Under the pieces are notes generated by a model, which was not told where the DNA came from, made no database searches, and saw nothing but the letters and a program-made list of their open reading frames with translations. Positions 21,495-30,125 of a stretch of 64,000 bases of DNA are shown in pieces. The position numbers and the translations under genes are program-made. How positions within the stretch are numbered: position 1 is the stretch's first letter; each line of letters begins with the position of its first letter. This DNA comes from Lysobacterales bacterium (GTDB lineage: Bacteria; Pseudomonadota; Gammaproteobacteria; Xanthomonadales; SZUA-36). The stretch is taken from contig JAZBOH010000208.1 in NCBI GenBank assembly GCA_036351055.1, positions 2,935-66,934 on the forward strand, in the 5' to 3' direction.

Positions 21495-21712
21495 CCAGGT
21501 TGCCCTCCGCAACGCGGTTACTGTGAACTCTGGGCCGGTCTCCGGACTTGCGAGTCATTCACTGGGTGAAGCCCGGCGGCGCCTTCCCACACTTACGTGC
21601 AGTGGCCTGGCCGCAGGTTGCCGGCTAACCGGCATACTCGCTCACCGTTGCGGGGGCAGTGCCGGACTTTAACCGGCTTCCCGTTTCACCCGGCAGCCTC
21701 CTGGTTTGATTC
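21495..21712 (-). promoter_or_regulatory. Cobalamin (B12) riboswitch
   Basis: The minus strand reads GGTGAAACGGGAAGCCGGTTAAAGTCCGGCACTGCCCCCGCAACGGTGAGCGAG ... GCCACTG ... TGGGAAGGC ... B12 box AGTCCGGAGACCGGCC (complement of 21533-21548). It lies in the 5' leader of btuB. Confidence 0.9.
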
Positions 21713-21801
21713 CAGCATGCTGTTTTTCCGGGCACCCAAAGCAATGGTCCCGCCGCGACCCGGAAAGGGCGACGGCGGGACCGAAAGTATAACAGCTGGA
21801 G

Positions 21802-24270
21802 TCAGGCTGCGTGTTTCGAATTGAGCGGCGGTTCGGGTCGGCGACCCGCGCGCAGGTCTTCGGTATCGAATTCGTCAACCGCGACGATTTCGGCCACCAG
21901 GCTCCGCACGTGGCGGAGGATGTCCGCCTCCTCCTTGGTGACGACTGATTTATCCAGCGCATCCTGCAACTGCTCTTCCCAGGTGAAGCCGTCGATCTCA
22001 CCCAGCTTCAGCGCTTTCAACAGCTTGCGATCCAGCGGTTCAGCCTGGATCACCTGGGGCAGGGCTTCTTCCATGGTGTTGACGGGGTGGCCGGAAGCAG
22101 CGGAAGTGAATATTCCCTGGGTCAGGCGCTCGCGGGTATCGGAAGGCGCCAACATCAGTTGGGCCACGCGGTGGGTCAACCGATCACCAGGAGCCTTTTC
22201 GCGTCTGCCGAAGGGGAAGACCACGAAGCGCAGCATGAAGCGCATGGGGCGGTTCGGGAAGTTGTCGATGACCTTCTGCAAGGCGACCTGGATCCGGTAA
22301 ATTGAATTGTGGAAACTCCACGCGAGGATCGCCTGGTCTGCCGCGGGCCGGCCCTGCGCCTCGTATCGTTTGAGCATGGCGGAACAGATGTACAGGTTGC
22401 TGAGCACGTCGCCGAGCCGGGCCGACAGGTGCTCTTTCTGTTTCATCTTGCCACCCAGGATCAACATGGAAATATCGGATACGAAGGCCAGGGCTGACGA
22501 GTAACGGGTCAGTTTCTTGTAGTACCTGGCAGTTTTCCGGTCATGCGGGACACTGGCGAACTTGCCGAAACTCAGGCCGAGCACCAGGCTGCGGACCGCA
22601 TTCCTGATCGAGTAGCCGACATGGGAGAACAACAGGTCGTCGAATACCTTTATTCGCTCACCGGCATTCTCGATGCGTGCTGCCTGCATTTCTTTCAGTA
22701 CGTAGGGATGGCAGCGTATGGCGCCCTGGCCGAAAATCATCAGGTTACGGGTCAGGATGTTGGCTCCTTCAACCGTGATCGATACCGGTATACCTTCCCA
22801 GCCACGCCCCAGGTAGTTGCGCGGGCCGAGGATAACGCCCTTGCCGCCGTGGATGTCCATGGCGTCGGTGATGACGTCACGCGCCATCTCGGTGCTGTGG
22901 TACTTGGCGATCGCCGATGGAACGGCAGGTTTTTCACCCAGGTCCACGGCTGCCGCCGTCATGCGTGACAGGGCCGTTGTGGCATAGGTATTGGCGGCGA
23001 TCCGGGCGAGCCCGGCTTCGATGCCTTCAAAACGGCCAATTGGCAGGTTGAACTGCTTGCGGATTCTTGAATAAGCGCCGGTGGCCCTGGCGATCATCTT
23101 GCTGCCGCCGCTGGATGTCGCGGGCAGGGTGATCGCGCGGCCGACGGACAGGCATTCGATCAGCATGCGCCAACCCTGGCCGGCCATATCGACTCCGCCG
23201 ATAAGCGCGTCCAGCGGGACAAAGACGTCTTTGCCGCGAACCGGCCCATTCAGGAATGGCAGGTTGACCGGGAAGTGACGTTTTTCGGCCTCCAGACCCT
23301 TGGTGCCGCGCGGAACCAATGCGAGGCTGATACCCAGTTCCTTCTTGTCACCGAGCAGGCCGTCCGGGTCGTACATGTGGAACGCCACGCCCAGGATGGT
23401 CGCGATCGGTGAGAGGGTGATGTAACGCTTGTCAAAATTCAGGCGCAGTCCGAGGACTTCCTTACCCTTGTATTCCTGCTTGCAGACGACTCCGTAATCC
23501 GGAATCGACGTGGCGTCTGACCCGGCCATCGGGCCGGTCAGGGCAAAGCAGGGAATTTCCTCGCCGCGGGCGAGGCGCGGGAGGTAGTGATTCTTCTGTT
23601 CATCGGTGCCGTAGTGCAGGAGTAACTCAGCAGGACCGAGCGAATTGGGTACGGCGACCGTCGAGGAAGTAACGGCGCAGACCGATGCGATTTTCTGCAG
23701 AACCGCGCGGTGGGCGAGGGCGCTGAAGCCGAGCCCACCGTATTCCTTGGGAATGATCATTCCGAAGAAACGGTTCTTCTTCAGGAATTCCCAGGTCTTA
23801 GGATTCAGGTCCGTGTCGACATGGGTGATTTCCCAGCTGTCGGTCATGCGGCAAAGCTCTTCCACCGGACCGTCCAGGAATTGTTGTTCCTCCAGGGTGA
23901 GTTCAAGGTAGGGCTGTTTTTTCAGGATTGCCCAGTCGGGCTTGCCACCGAACAACTCGCCTTCCCAACCTACCGTGCCGGCGTCCAGTGCCACCTGCTC
24001 GGTTTCTGAAATCTCCGGCAGCATGCGGCGGAACTGCTTCAGGAACGGTGCACTGATGAACTGTTGACGCCAGGGAACGAAGTTCAGCGGTATGGCAATC
24101 ACGGCAAAGATCACGGTGACCACGGCCAGGCTGAGCAGGGGGACGGACCCCGTGGCGCCCAACACGACGATGCCGGCGGCCATTGCGATGGTCCACATCA
24201 GCAAGGTGGTGCCGTAAAACGCGCAGGCCAGCGAGATGGCGAGAAGAGTCAAGATCAATAACCAGGTCAT
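21802..24270 (-). CDS. fadE: Large acyl-CoA dehydrogenase FadE
   Basis: 822 aa with N-terminal TM helices, a central acyl-CoA dehydrogenase core and a C-terminal extension, as in FadE-type enzymes. Confidence 0.92.
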   Translation of the reverse strand: MTWLLILTLLAISLACAFYGTTLLMWTIAMAAGIVVLGATGSVPLLSLAVVTVIFAVIAIPLNFVPWRQQFISAPFLKQFRRMLPEISETEQVALDAGTVGWEGELFGGKPDWAILKKQPYLELTLEEQQFLDGPVEELCRMTDSWEITHVDTDLNPKTWEFLKKNRFFGMIIPKEYGGLGFSALAHRAVLQKIASVCAVTSSTVAVPNSLGPAELLLHYGTDEQKNHYLPRLARGEEIPCFALTGPMAGSDATSIPDYGVVCKQEYKGKEVLGLRLNFDKRYITLSPIATILGVAFHMYDPDGLLGDKKELGISLALVPRGTKGLEAEKRHFPVNLPFLNGPVRGKDVFVPLDALIGGVDMAGQGWRMLIECLSVGRAITLPATSSGGSKMIARATGAYSRIRKQFNLPIGRFEGIEAGLARIAANTYATTALSRMTAAAVDLGEKPAVPSAIAKYHSTEMARDVITDAMDIHGGKGVILGPRNYLGRGWEGIPVSITVEGANILTRNLMIFGQGAIRCHPYVLKEMQAARIENAGERIKVFDDLLFSHVGYSIRNAVRSLVLGLSFGKFASVPHDRKTARYYKKLTRYSSALAFVSDISMLILGGKMKQKEHLSARLGDVLSNLYICSAMLKRYEAQGRPAADQAILAWSFHNSIYRIQVALQKVIDNFPNRPMRFMLRFVVFPFGRREKAPGDRLTHRVAQLMLAPSDTRERLTQGIFTSAASGHPVNTMEEALPQVIQAEPLDRKLLKALKLGEIDGFTWEEQLQDALDKSVVTKEEADILRHVRSLVAEIVAVDEFDTEDLRAGRRPEPPLNSKHAA

Positions 24271-24491
24271 GAGAAACCTCCTGTTTCCGGGTGTATTGCC
24301 CGGTTTGTTACCCCCAGAATTTCAAGCGAACAACCGTCAGAAGGTGGGTGCCAGGGCTGGAAGCACTACCCTGCTGCGGTTACCATACGGTAGAGTATGG
24401 AAAACAGGATGGCTCAAGTCAACCGTCAATTCAAAAAGCGGTACACTATTCGCCGCAAAGATCGAATTCACGCACAGATCATGGGATCGCA

Positions 24492-25064
24492 GTGAAAAGG
24501 AACGACAGAGAAACACTGACAGCAGCAGACTGGGAGCAGGAAGCCCTTGAACTGGTGTCTGAAAAAGGCGTGCAGGCCCTGGCCATCGAACCTCTGGCTC
24601 GCCGGATGGGTGTCACGAAAGGCAGTTTTTACTGGCATTTCAGCGGTCGCGAAGCCCTGCTCGACCAGGCGCTGCTGCGCTGGGAAGAGCACGACAGCCG
24701 TAACCTGAGCAGGTCCCTGGGCGACATCAGTGACCCCCGCGAACGCCTGGTTTCCTTTTTCAGGCGGGTAGGCCGGGAAAAACTCACCCACGAGGTTTAC
24801 AGCGAGCTGTGTGCCGCCGCTGGCCACCCCCAGGTCGAGCCGGTCCTTGAACGTGTGGCAGAACGGCGCATGCAGCACCTTTCGGCCGCTTTCCAGGAGC
24901 TTGGCATGCCGGAAGACACCTCGCGTTACCGCGCCCGCCTGACCTATTCCGTCTACCTCGGCTTCCTGCAGCTGCAAAGACAACACCAGGCCCCCCCCTT
25001 GAGCAGCGAAGCCTTCGAGTCCTACATAGAACACGTCATCGAAACTTTAATTCCCGGAAGGTAG
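24492..25064 (+). CDS. TetR/AcrR family transcriptional regulator
   Basis: HTH region (LVSEKGVQALAIEPLARRMGVTKGSFYWHFSGREALL). A GTG start at 24492 is chosen because the ATG at 24291 would add a 67-aa non-TetR extension. Divergent from fadE. Confidence 0.8.
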   Translation: MKRNDRETLTAADWEQEALELVSEKGVQALAIEPLARRMGVTKGSFYWHFSGREALLDQALLRWEEHDSRNLSRSLGDISDPRERLVSFFRRVGREKLTHEVYSELCAAAGHPQVEPVLERVAERRMQHLSAAFQELGMPEDTSRYRARLTYSVYLGFLQLQRQHQAPPLSSEAFESYIEHVIETLIPGR

Positions 25065-25105
25065 CAGGCAAGCACAGCCGGTGTTCTATACTCCCTTTAA
25101 ACCTA

Positions 25106-25708
25106 ATGGGACTACCCCCCATCAAACTAATCATGACGGGAGCTGCAGTGGCAAGGCCTGGTCCGGTGACCACACATCATGATGATGACCGTGAACTGGT
25201 CCTGCAGGCCAGGGAAGGCGGACGGCTGGCTTTTGAAAAGCTCTATCAGCGGCACCGCAACAGGGTATATGGCCTGGTCTGGCGCTTGTGTGGTGGCGAC
25301 AACGCCCTTGCCGAGGACCTGTTGCAGGAAGCGTTCGTTCGTGCCTGGCAGAAATTGCACAGCTTCCGCGGTGAAAGCCGCTTTGCGACCTGGTTGCACC
25401 GGCTGTCGGTCAACGTGGCGCTCAGCGACAGGCGGATCCGGATTCGGCGCCTGGAACGGGAAACGGCACTCGAAGGCACCGCAGAGCGAGCGGCCACGGG
25501 CGAAAAAGACGTCTACGCCGGCGACAGGATGGATTTGGAACAGGCGATTTCAAAATTGCCCGAACGGGCCCGGACGGTGCTGGTGCTCTACGATATTGAA
25601 GGTTACAGCCACGCGGAAATCGCGGAAATCGCCGGCATGGCTGTCGGGTCGTCAAAGGCTCAATTACACCGGGCGCGGAAACTCGTCCGGCAGGAACTGG
25701 ACAGGTGA
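25106..25708 (+). CDS. ECF (RpoE-like) RNA polymerase sigma factor
   Basis: Region 2 (LVWRLCGGDNALAEDLLQEAFVRAWQKLHSFRG.SRFATWLHRLSVN) and region 4 (LPERARTVLVLYDIEGYSHAEIAEI). The start may be the Met at 25133. Confidence 0.88.
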   Translation: MGLPPIKLIMTGAAVARPGPVTTHHDDDRELVLQAREGGRLAFEKLYQRHRNRVYGLVWRLCGGDNALAEDLLQEAFVRAWQKLHSFRGESRFATWLHRLSVNVALSDRRIRIRRLERETALEGTAERAATGEKDVYAGDRMDLEQAISKLPERARTVLVLYDIEGYSHAEIAEIAGMAVGSSKAQLHRARKLVRQELDR

Positions 25709-26292
25709 GTTCGAATATGAACGAACAGGAACTATTGAAGAGAATTGCAGCGCTTCCGCGCGAAATGCCCCCCGAGCGTGACCCGTGGGCGCAGATCTCG
25801 AGGCGCCTGGATGACCGCGTTGGCGCACCGGATGCTCCCGCGTTGATGGTTCGCCGCGGTTCCTGGCTGCAGTCCTGGCCGCTCAGGGCAGTGGCTGCGG
25901 TGGCTGTCGTGGCCATCGCTATCGTGCTGATGTCCGGTCCGGAGACCGTCCAGCAGCAGCCGGTCGTCAACCAGCCAGTGAATTCGGCCGTGGTTTCGTC
26001 CACCGCAATACCCGTGGTTTTGGCCGGAAGCGAGGCGGAATACCAGGCGGCTTTCAGGGAATTTATCGCCATTGGTGATTCCCGCAACCAGATTCCCGCC
26101 GTAACGGTTGAAAAGATCGAAACCGGTTGGGCAGAGCTGCTCCAGGTCGAAACGGCGCTTTCAGACGCACTGGCGCAGAATCCAAATGATTCGTTTTTAA
26201 ACAAGAGAATGCTGGAATTGAGGGCGCGACAACTGGGCTTTCTCAGGCAACTGGCCTCACTTGATCACAGCAACAGGAGATTGACCATATGA
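25705..26292 (+). CDS. Putative anti-sigma factor (single-pass membrane protein)
   Basis: 4-nt overlap with the sigma gene. About 50-aa cytoplasmic N-terminus, one TM helix (AVAAVAVVAIAIVLM) and a periplasmic domain. The call rests on position only. Confidence 0.5.
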   Translation: MSSNMNEQELLKRIAALPREMPPERDPWAQISRRLDDRVGAPDAPALMVRRGSWLQSWPLRAVAAVAVVAIAIVLMSGPETVQQQPVVNQPVNSAVVSSTAIPVVLAGSEAEYQAAFREFIAIGDSRNQIPAVTVEKIETGWAELLQVETALSDALAQNPNDSFLNKRMLELRARQLGFLRQLASLDHSNRRLTI

Positions 26293-27185
26293 ATACCCGT
26301 TTAATGAACCGCGTCATGCGATGGTCCTGCGGGATGGCGATTGTACTTCCGCTGGCTGCTTTGGCGGCCGAAGACATCGACAGTACGCACGAAATACCCG
26401 GCGATGGATTGGTGCAGGTCGAAAACCTGGCAGGCAGCGTGGCATTCACCACCTGGGACCGCAACGAGGTTCAGGTGCGTGGCAAAGTCGGTGACGATGT
26501 CGAGGAGGTCGAAATTGAAGCCACTTCCAACGGGATACGGATCCACGTTCAGAACAGGAAAAACCGCAATCGAATCGACCCAACCCACCTGCACCTGAAG
26601 GTTCCCGAAGGGGCGAGTATCGAGGCGGAAGGGGTTAGCGCGGATTTCAAGGTCAGTGGCAGCAAAGGAGACAGCATCAGGCTCGAAACGGTCAGCGGCG
26701 ATGTCGAGATAAGTGCTGAATCGCACAAGGTAGATATCTCTTCGGTCAGTGGCGATGTGGAATTTGAAGGTGTGGCGGACCGGGTCACCGCGGAGTCGGT
26801 CAGTGGGGACGTAACCCTGGTGGGGATGAAAAATGAAGTGGAAGCCAGTACGGTATCCGGCGACGTAGCGCTCGAGGGCGGCCGCATCGAAAGTGGTCGC
26901 TTTGAGACAGTCTCTGGTGAATTGAACCTGATGCTGGAACTGTCGGATGACGGGCGGCTCAATTGTGATTCCATGAGTGGTGATATCAGCCTGCGGCTTC
27001 CGGCTTCGCAGCAAGCGTCTTTTTCGGCCCAGAGTTTCAGTGGAAAAATCACGACGGAGTTCGGTGACCCCAGGCTGCATTCAAAGAGCCCTTCAGGTTC
27101 CATCCTGAAAGCACAGGTCGGTGACAACGGCGCCAGGATTCGTCTCGAGACTTTCAGCGGGGACGTTTCCATTCGCGCCAGGTAG
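26289..27185 (+). CDS. DUF4097 family beta-strand repeat protein (putative adhesin-like), secreted
   Basis: Signal peptide followed by about 9 repeats of the (V/M/F)SGD(V/I) motif at roughly 18-20 aa spacing. 4-nt overlap with the upstream gene. Confidence 0.75.
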   Translation: MNTRLMNRVMRWSCGMAIVLPLAALAAEDIDSTHEIPGDGLVQVENLAGSVAFTTWDRNEVQVRGKVGDDVEEVEIEATSNGIRIHVQNRKNRNRIDPTHLHLKVPEGASIEAEGVSADFKVSGSKGDSIRLETVSGDVEISAESHKVDISSVSGDVEFEGVADRVTAESVSGDVTLVGMKNEVEASTVSGDVALEGGRIESGRFETVSGELNLMLELSDDGRLNCDSMSGDISLRLPASQQASFSAQSFSGKITTEFGDPRLHSKSPSGSILKAQVGDNGARIRLETFSGDVSIRAR

Positions 27186-27201
27186 TAGGATTTCGCGATA
27201 G

Positions 27202-27231
27202 AAAAACCGCAGCTGGGTCTGCGGTTTTTTT
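27202..27231. terminator. Bidirectional rho-independent terminator
   Basis: AAAAA-CCGCAG-CTGGGT-CTGCGG-TTTTTTT between convergent genes. It abuts or overlaps the stop of the minus-strand GTPase gene. Confidence 0.75.
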
Positions 27232-28576
27232 ATTTCTTCACGCGGGCGTAAATGTCTTCACGGGCGGTTTGCAGCAGGGCGTCCCTGTCCAGCGAGGCCA
27301 GGATGGCTTTTGCCGTTTCACGCGGTCCGGAGTTGCCCCAGGATTTACCTTTACTGAACCAGGACTGGGCCATTTTCCCGGTCAGGTAAGTCGCGTACCA
27401 GGCGAGTGCACCCTGGGAGGTCGCCGTCAGCACCGTGGACAGCCCGACACTTGCGGTTTTCAGTGCGCTGGCCGCGAGGTTCACACCCCAGTAGGCGCCC
27501 ATCAAGGCGACCAGTTGTGCCGAGATGGTGAGCAAGAGTTTCGAAGCCTCCCTGCGGGACAGGCGAAACCCGTAAACTTCGCCCAGGTGGATCACCAGCG
27601 CGATGTCCGTGCCGGCAGCCGCCAGCAGGTCTGCCACAGGCACCGGATTGAAGGCGACCAGAAGGCCCTTGGCAACGCAGTACTTGCGGATTATTTTCTC
27701 GGCGACTGTCTTCCGGGCAGCGACGATGCGCGTCGCGACTTTCTCGTCCAGTTCGCTGGCAAAAAGTGCCGCGTTCAGGGCCGCAAGTGCCTCCCCCCTG
27801 GATTCGATATGGGCCCACAGCTGTTCCTTGAGTTCGGCGGTTTCCGGCGGCCGATCACGCAGACTTTCATGCTCCCCGCCGTTGGCATCGACAACGATGA
27901 CCGTTTCTGGCCGGGGGTCTGCACTGGCGGGGATAATGCACTCCTGCGTCAAAATGCCGTCGCAGCGCGCCAGCAGCCGCTCCCGCAGCAGTCCGAGTTC
28001 ACCCGCCGTGTAACGGTCCGCCTTATTGAGCACCAGGAGAACCGCGCGGTTGCTGTTGACAAGTTGTTCCAGTGACTGGAATTCGGACCGGGTCAGGTCA
28101 CCCTCACATACCATCAGGACAATATCTGCTCGCCGGCTGATACGCCGGGCCAGTTCGGACCGTTCCTCGCCGTCCATCTCATCGATACCGGGCGTGTCGA
28201 TCAGCACCACGTTGCCGTCACGGTGTGACCGCCATGCGGCACGATCTTCTTGCCGGGTCTCGCCATGCAGCGGGCTGGTACTGAATGACGCTTTCTGCAG
28301 AAGTGCGTTCAGCAGGGATGATTTGCCGACGCCCACGCGGCCATAGGCGGCGATGTGGATTTCGCTGTCGTGCAGCTTGTTTGAAATGGCCGCAATCTCC
28401 TCGAACTCTTCGGCCAATTCGGCCCGTACCGAAGCGGGGATGTGCGTATCCTCGATCAGTTCGCGAATATTGCGGTTGGCCTCCAGCAGGTGCTGGTCAG
28501 GTCTTGTCTCGTTCTTTTCCCGTCCTGGAGACTGCCATTTTTGCAAAATGGACTGCACCTGATTCCAGATGTTCAT
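27230..28576 (-). CDS. GTP-binding protein with C-terminal hydrophobic DUF697-like region (GTPase B)
   Basis: 448 aa with G1 GRVGVGKSS, G3 DTPG and G4 NKAD, plus a C-terminal hydrophobic region (NPVPVADLLAAAGTDIALVIHLGEVYG). GAGGA lies 9-13 nt upstream of the ATG. Confidence 0.8.
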   Translation of the reverse strand: MNIWNQVQSILQKWQSPGREKNETRPDQHLLEANRNIRELIEDTHIPASVRAELAEEFEEIAAISNKLHDSEIHIAAYGRVGVGKSSLLNALLQKASFSTSPLHGETRQEDRAAWRSHRDGNVVLIDTPGIDEMDGEERSELARRISRRADIVLMVCEGDLTRSEFQSLEQLVNSNRAVLLVLNKADRYTAGELGLLRERLLARCDGILTQECIIPASADPRPETVIVVDANGGEHESLRDRPPETAELKEQLWAHIESRGEALAALNAALFASELDEKVATRIVAARKTVAEKIIRKYCVAKGLLVAFNPVPVADLLAAAGTDIALVIHLGEVYGFRLSRREASKLLLTISAQLVALMGAYWGVNLAASALKTASVGLSTVLTATSQGALAWYATYLTGKMAQSWFSKGKSWGNSGPRETAKAILASLDRDALLQTAREDIYARVKK

Positions 28577-29963
28577 GCAAGAGGTCCTCGAATGCTTCAG
28601 CGGCCGGGTATGCGCGCAGTTCGCCGCGGCTGGCCATGGTGGCGGCCGCGGCCCGGCCGAGGCTGTCGAAAATCATGCCGTAGGCCACCGCGTGCACCAC
28701 GCCGCCCGAGATGGTCCCAAGGCCCGGGAAGGCCTTGAGCGCGTTGCCGGTAATAGCCAGCGTCAGGGCCGTCATGTTTTTTACCTTGTTACCCGCCAGC
28801 TGGATAAAAGATTCGATCTCGATTTCCTTGACCGGCACGTCGTACAAAGCCGACAGTTCCCTGATCAGCTTCGTGGCCAGTACGCCCTGGATGACCAGGT
28901 CCGAGCCGGGCGCAACCGCGGCGAGAGCACCGATCACCGCGCGGCGCGAGTATTTGCCGACCAACTCGTCGGCCTTGTCTTCCCGGTGCCGGTCTTTCGC
29001 CTCGTCGAGCTTTTCGCTGGCCAGGGTCAATACGGCCGTTTCACGCAGGGATTCCATCAATTCCTGGTCCTGGTCCAGGTGCCGCTGCACGGTTTTACGT
29101 AAACGGTCGATGTCCGGCCGGCGCTCACGCGTGTCGCGTTGCTCGATGCCTTCCCCCAGCATGCGGATGACTTCCTCGCGCCCGCCCGTACTGATGGCGA
29201 TGACATCGTTTCTGGCCAGGCCGGTCTTTCGGCTGATTTCGGCCAACAGTGTGCCCAGCTCGTCATCAGAGAAGCGATCCGACTTGTTCAGGGCCAGGAC
29301 CAGCGGTTTCTGCAGGTCCCGCAAGAGTTGTACCTGCTCCGCCTGGCTTCCCGTCAGGTCACTGTCGCAAAGAAAAATGACCAGGTGCGCGCGCCGTGCT
29401 TCCTCGAGTGCTTCACTGTCATTGTCCAGGTTGAAGCCGGGGAGGTCTGCGATCACCACCCGGTCACCGGACGGCGCCTGCCAGGAATAGTGGTGGATCG
29501 CCATGGTGGTTCCGGCGCGCGGATCGGACTCGGCTTCGGCATCTGGCAGCAGGGCCTTGACCAGGCTGCTCTTGCCGCTGCTTACTTCGCCAAAGACCGC
29601 TACGTAGATTTCACCGCTGCCGCGGCGGCGGCGTTGTTCCTGCAACTCCTGCAGTGCGCCGGATACATCGACTCCCTGGCGCGCCGACTCGACCAGTTCC
29701 TGCTGCAGGGCTTCCGTGTTGAGTTCCCTTTTTTCTTCCCGGGCCGGCTTTTTTTTCGCCGGGCGAAACCAGTTCCAGAACAGCACCAGGGTCAGCAGGG
29801 GCAGGCCCGCCAGGACGACGCCATAGCCGATCTGGACCCATAAAGGCGCCTGTTTCAGGTAGTGCCAAACCGTCAGGGCCGTTTCCGAGGCTATCAGCAC
29901 CAGGAACAGGACCAGGAAAGACAGGATCAGGATGGCGACCGAGATGAGTAAACGTAGGGGCAT
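28497..29963 (-). CDS. Membrane-anchored GTP-binding protein with DUF697-like C-terminal region (GTPase A)
   Basis: 488 aa with two N-terminal TM helices, G1 GEVSSGKSS, G3 DLPG and G4 NKSD. The C-terminal region (AVAPGSDLVIQGVLATKLIRELSALYD) is paralogous to GTPase B. Confidence 0.8.
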   Translation of the reverse strand: MPLRLLISVAILILSFLVLFLVLIASETALTVWHYLKQAPLWVQIGYGVVLAGLPLLTLVLFWNWFRPAKKKPAREEKRELNTEALQQELVESARQGVDVSGALQELQEQRRRRGSGEIYVAVFGEVSSGKSSLVKALLPDAEAESDPRAGTTMAIHHYSWQAPSGDRVVIADLPGFNLDNDSEALEEARRAHLVIFLCDSDLTGSQAEQVQLLRDLQKPLVLALNKSDRFSDDELGTLLAEISRKTGLARNDVIAISTGGREEVIRMLGEGIEQRDTRERRPDIDRLRKTVQRHLDQDQELMESLRETAVLTLASEKLDEAKDRHREDKADELVGKYSRRAVIGALAAVAPGSDLVIQGVLATKLIRELSALYDVPVKEIEIESFIQLAGNKVKNMTALTLAITGNALKAFPGLGTISGGVVHAVAYGMIFDSLGRAAAATMASRGELRAYPAAEAFEDLLHEHLESGAVHFAKMAVSRTGKERDKT

Positions 29964-30125
29964 GGTGTCCGAATTTGCTGATCTGGGTCGAGAATATCAT
30001 GTACCAAACGTCACGGTCGCGGTTGATTCCCCCCGGCAAGGGCTGTAAATTTATTCCCTGTGGGCACCGCGCGCCCCGCATGCCCTCCCTGGCGGGAGGC
30101 TGATTCGCGGTGCAGGGGGACTCAA

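Noticed and set aside
24291-24491. ATG at 24291 as the start of the TetR regulator (257 aa).
   Set aside because: It would add a Cys/Pro/Arg-rich 67-aa extension unlike TetR proteins and would leave only 20 bp to the divergent fadE start. The GTG at 24492 gives a normal-length TetR, although its RBS is weak.
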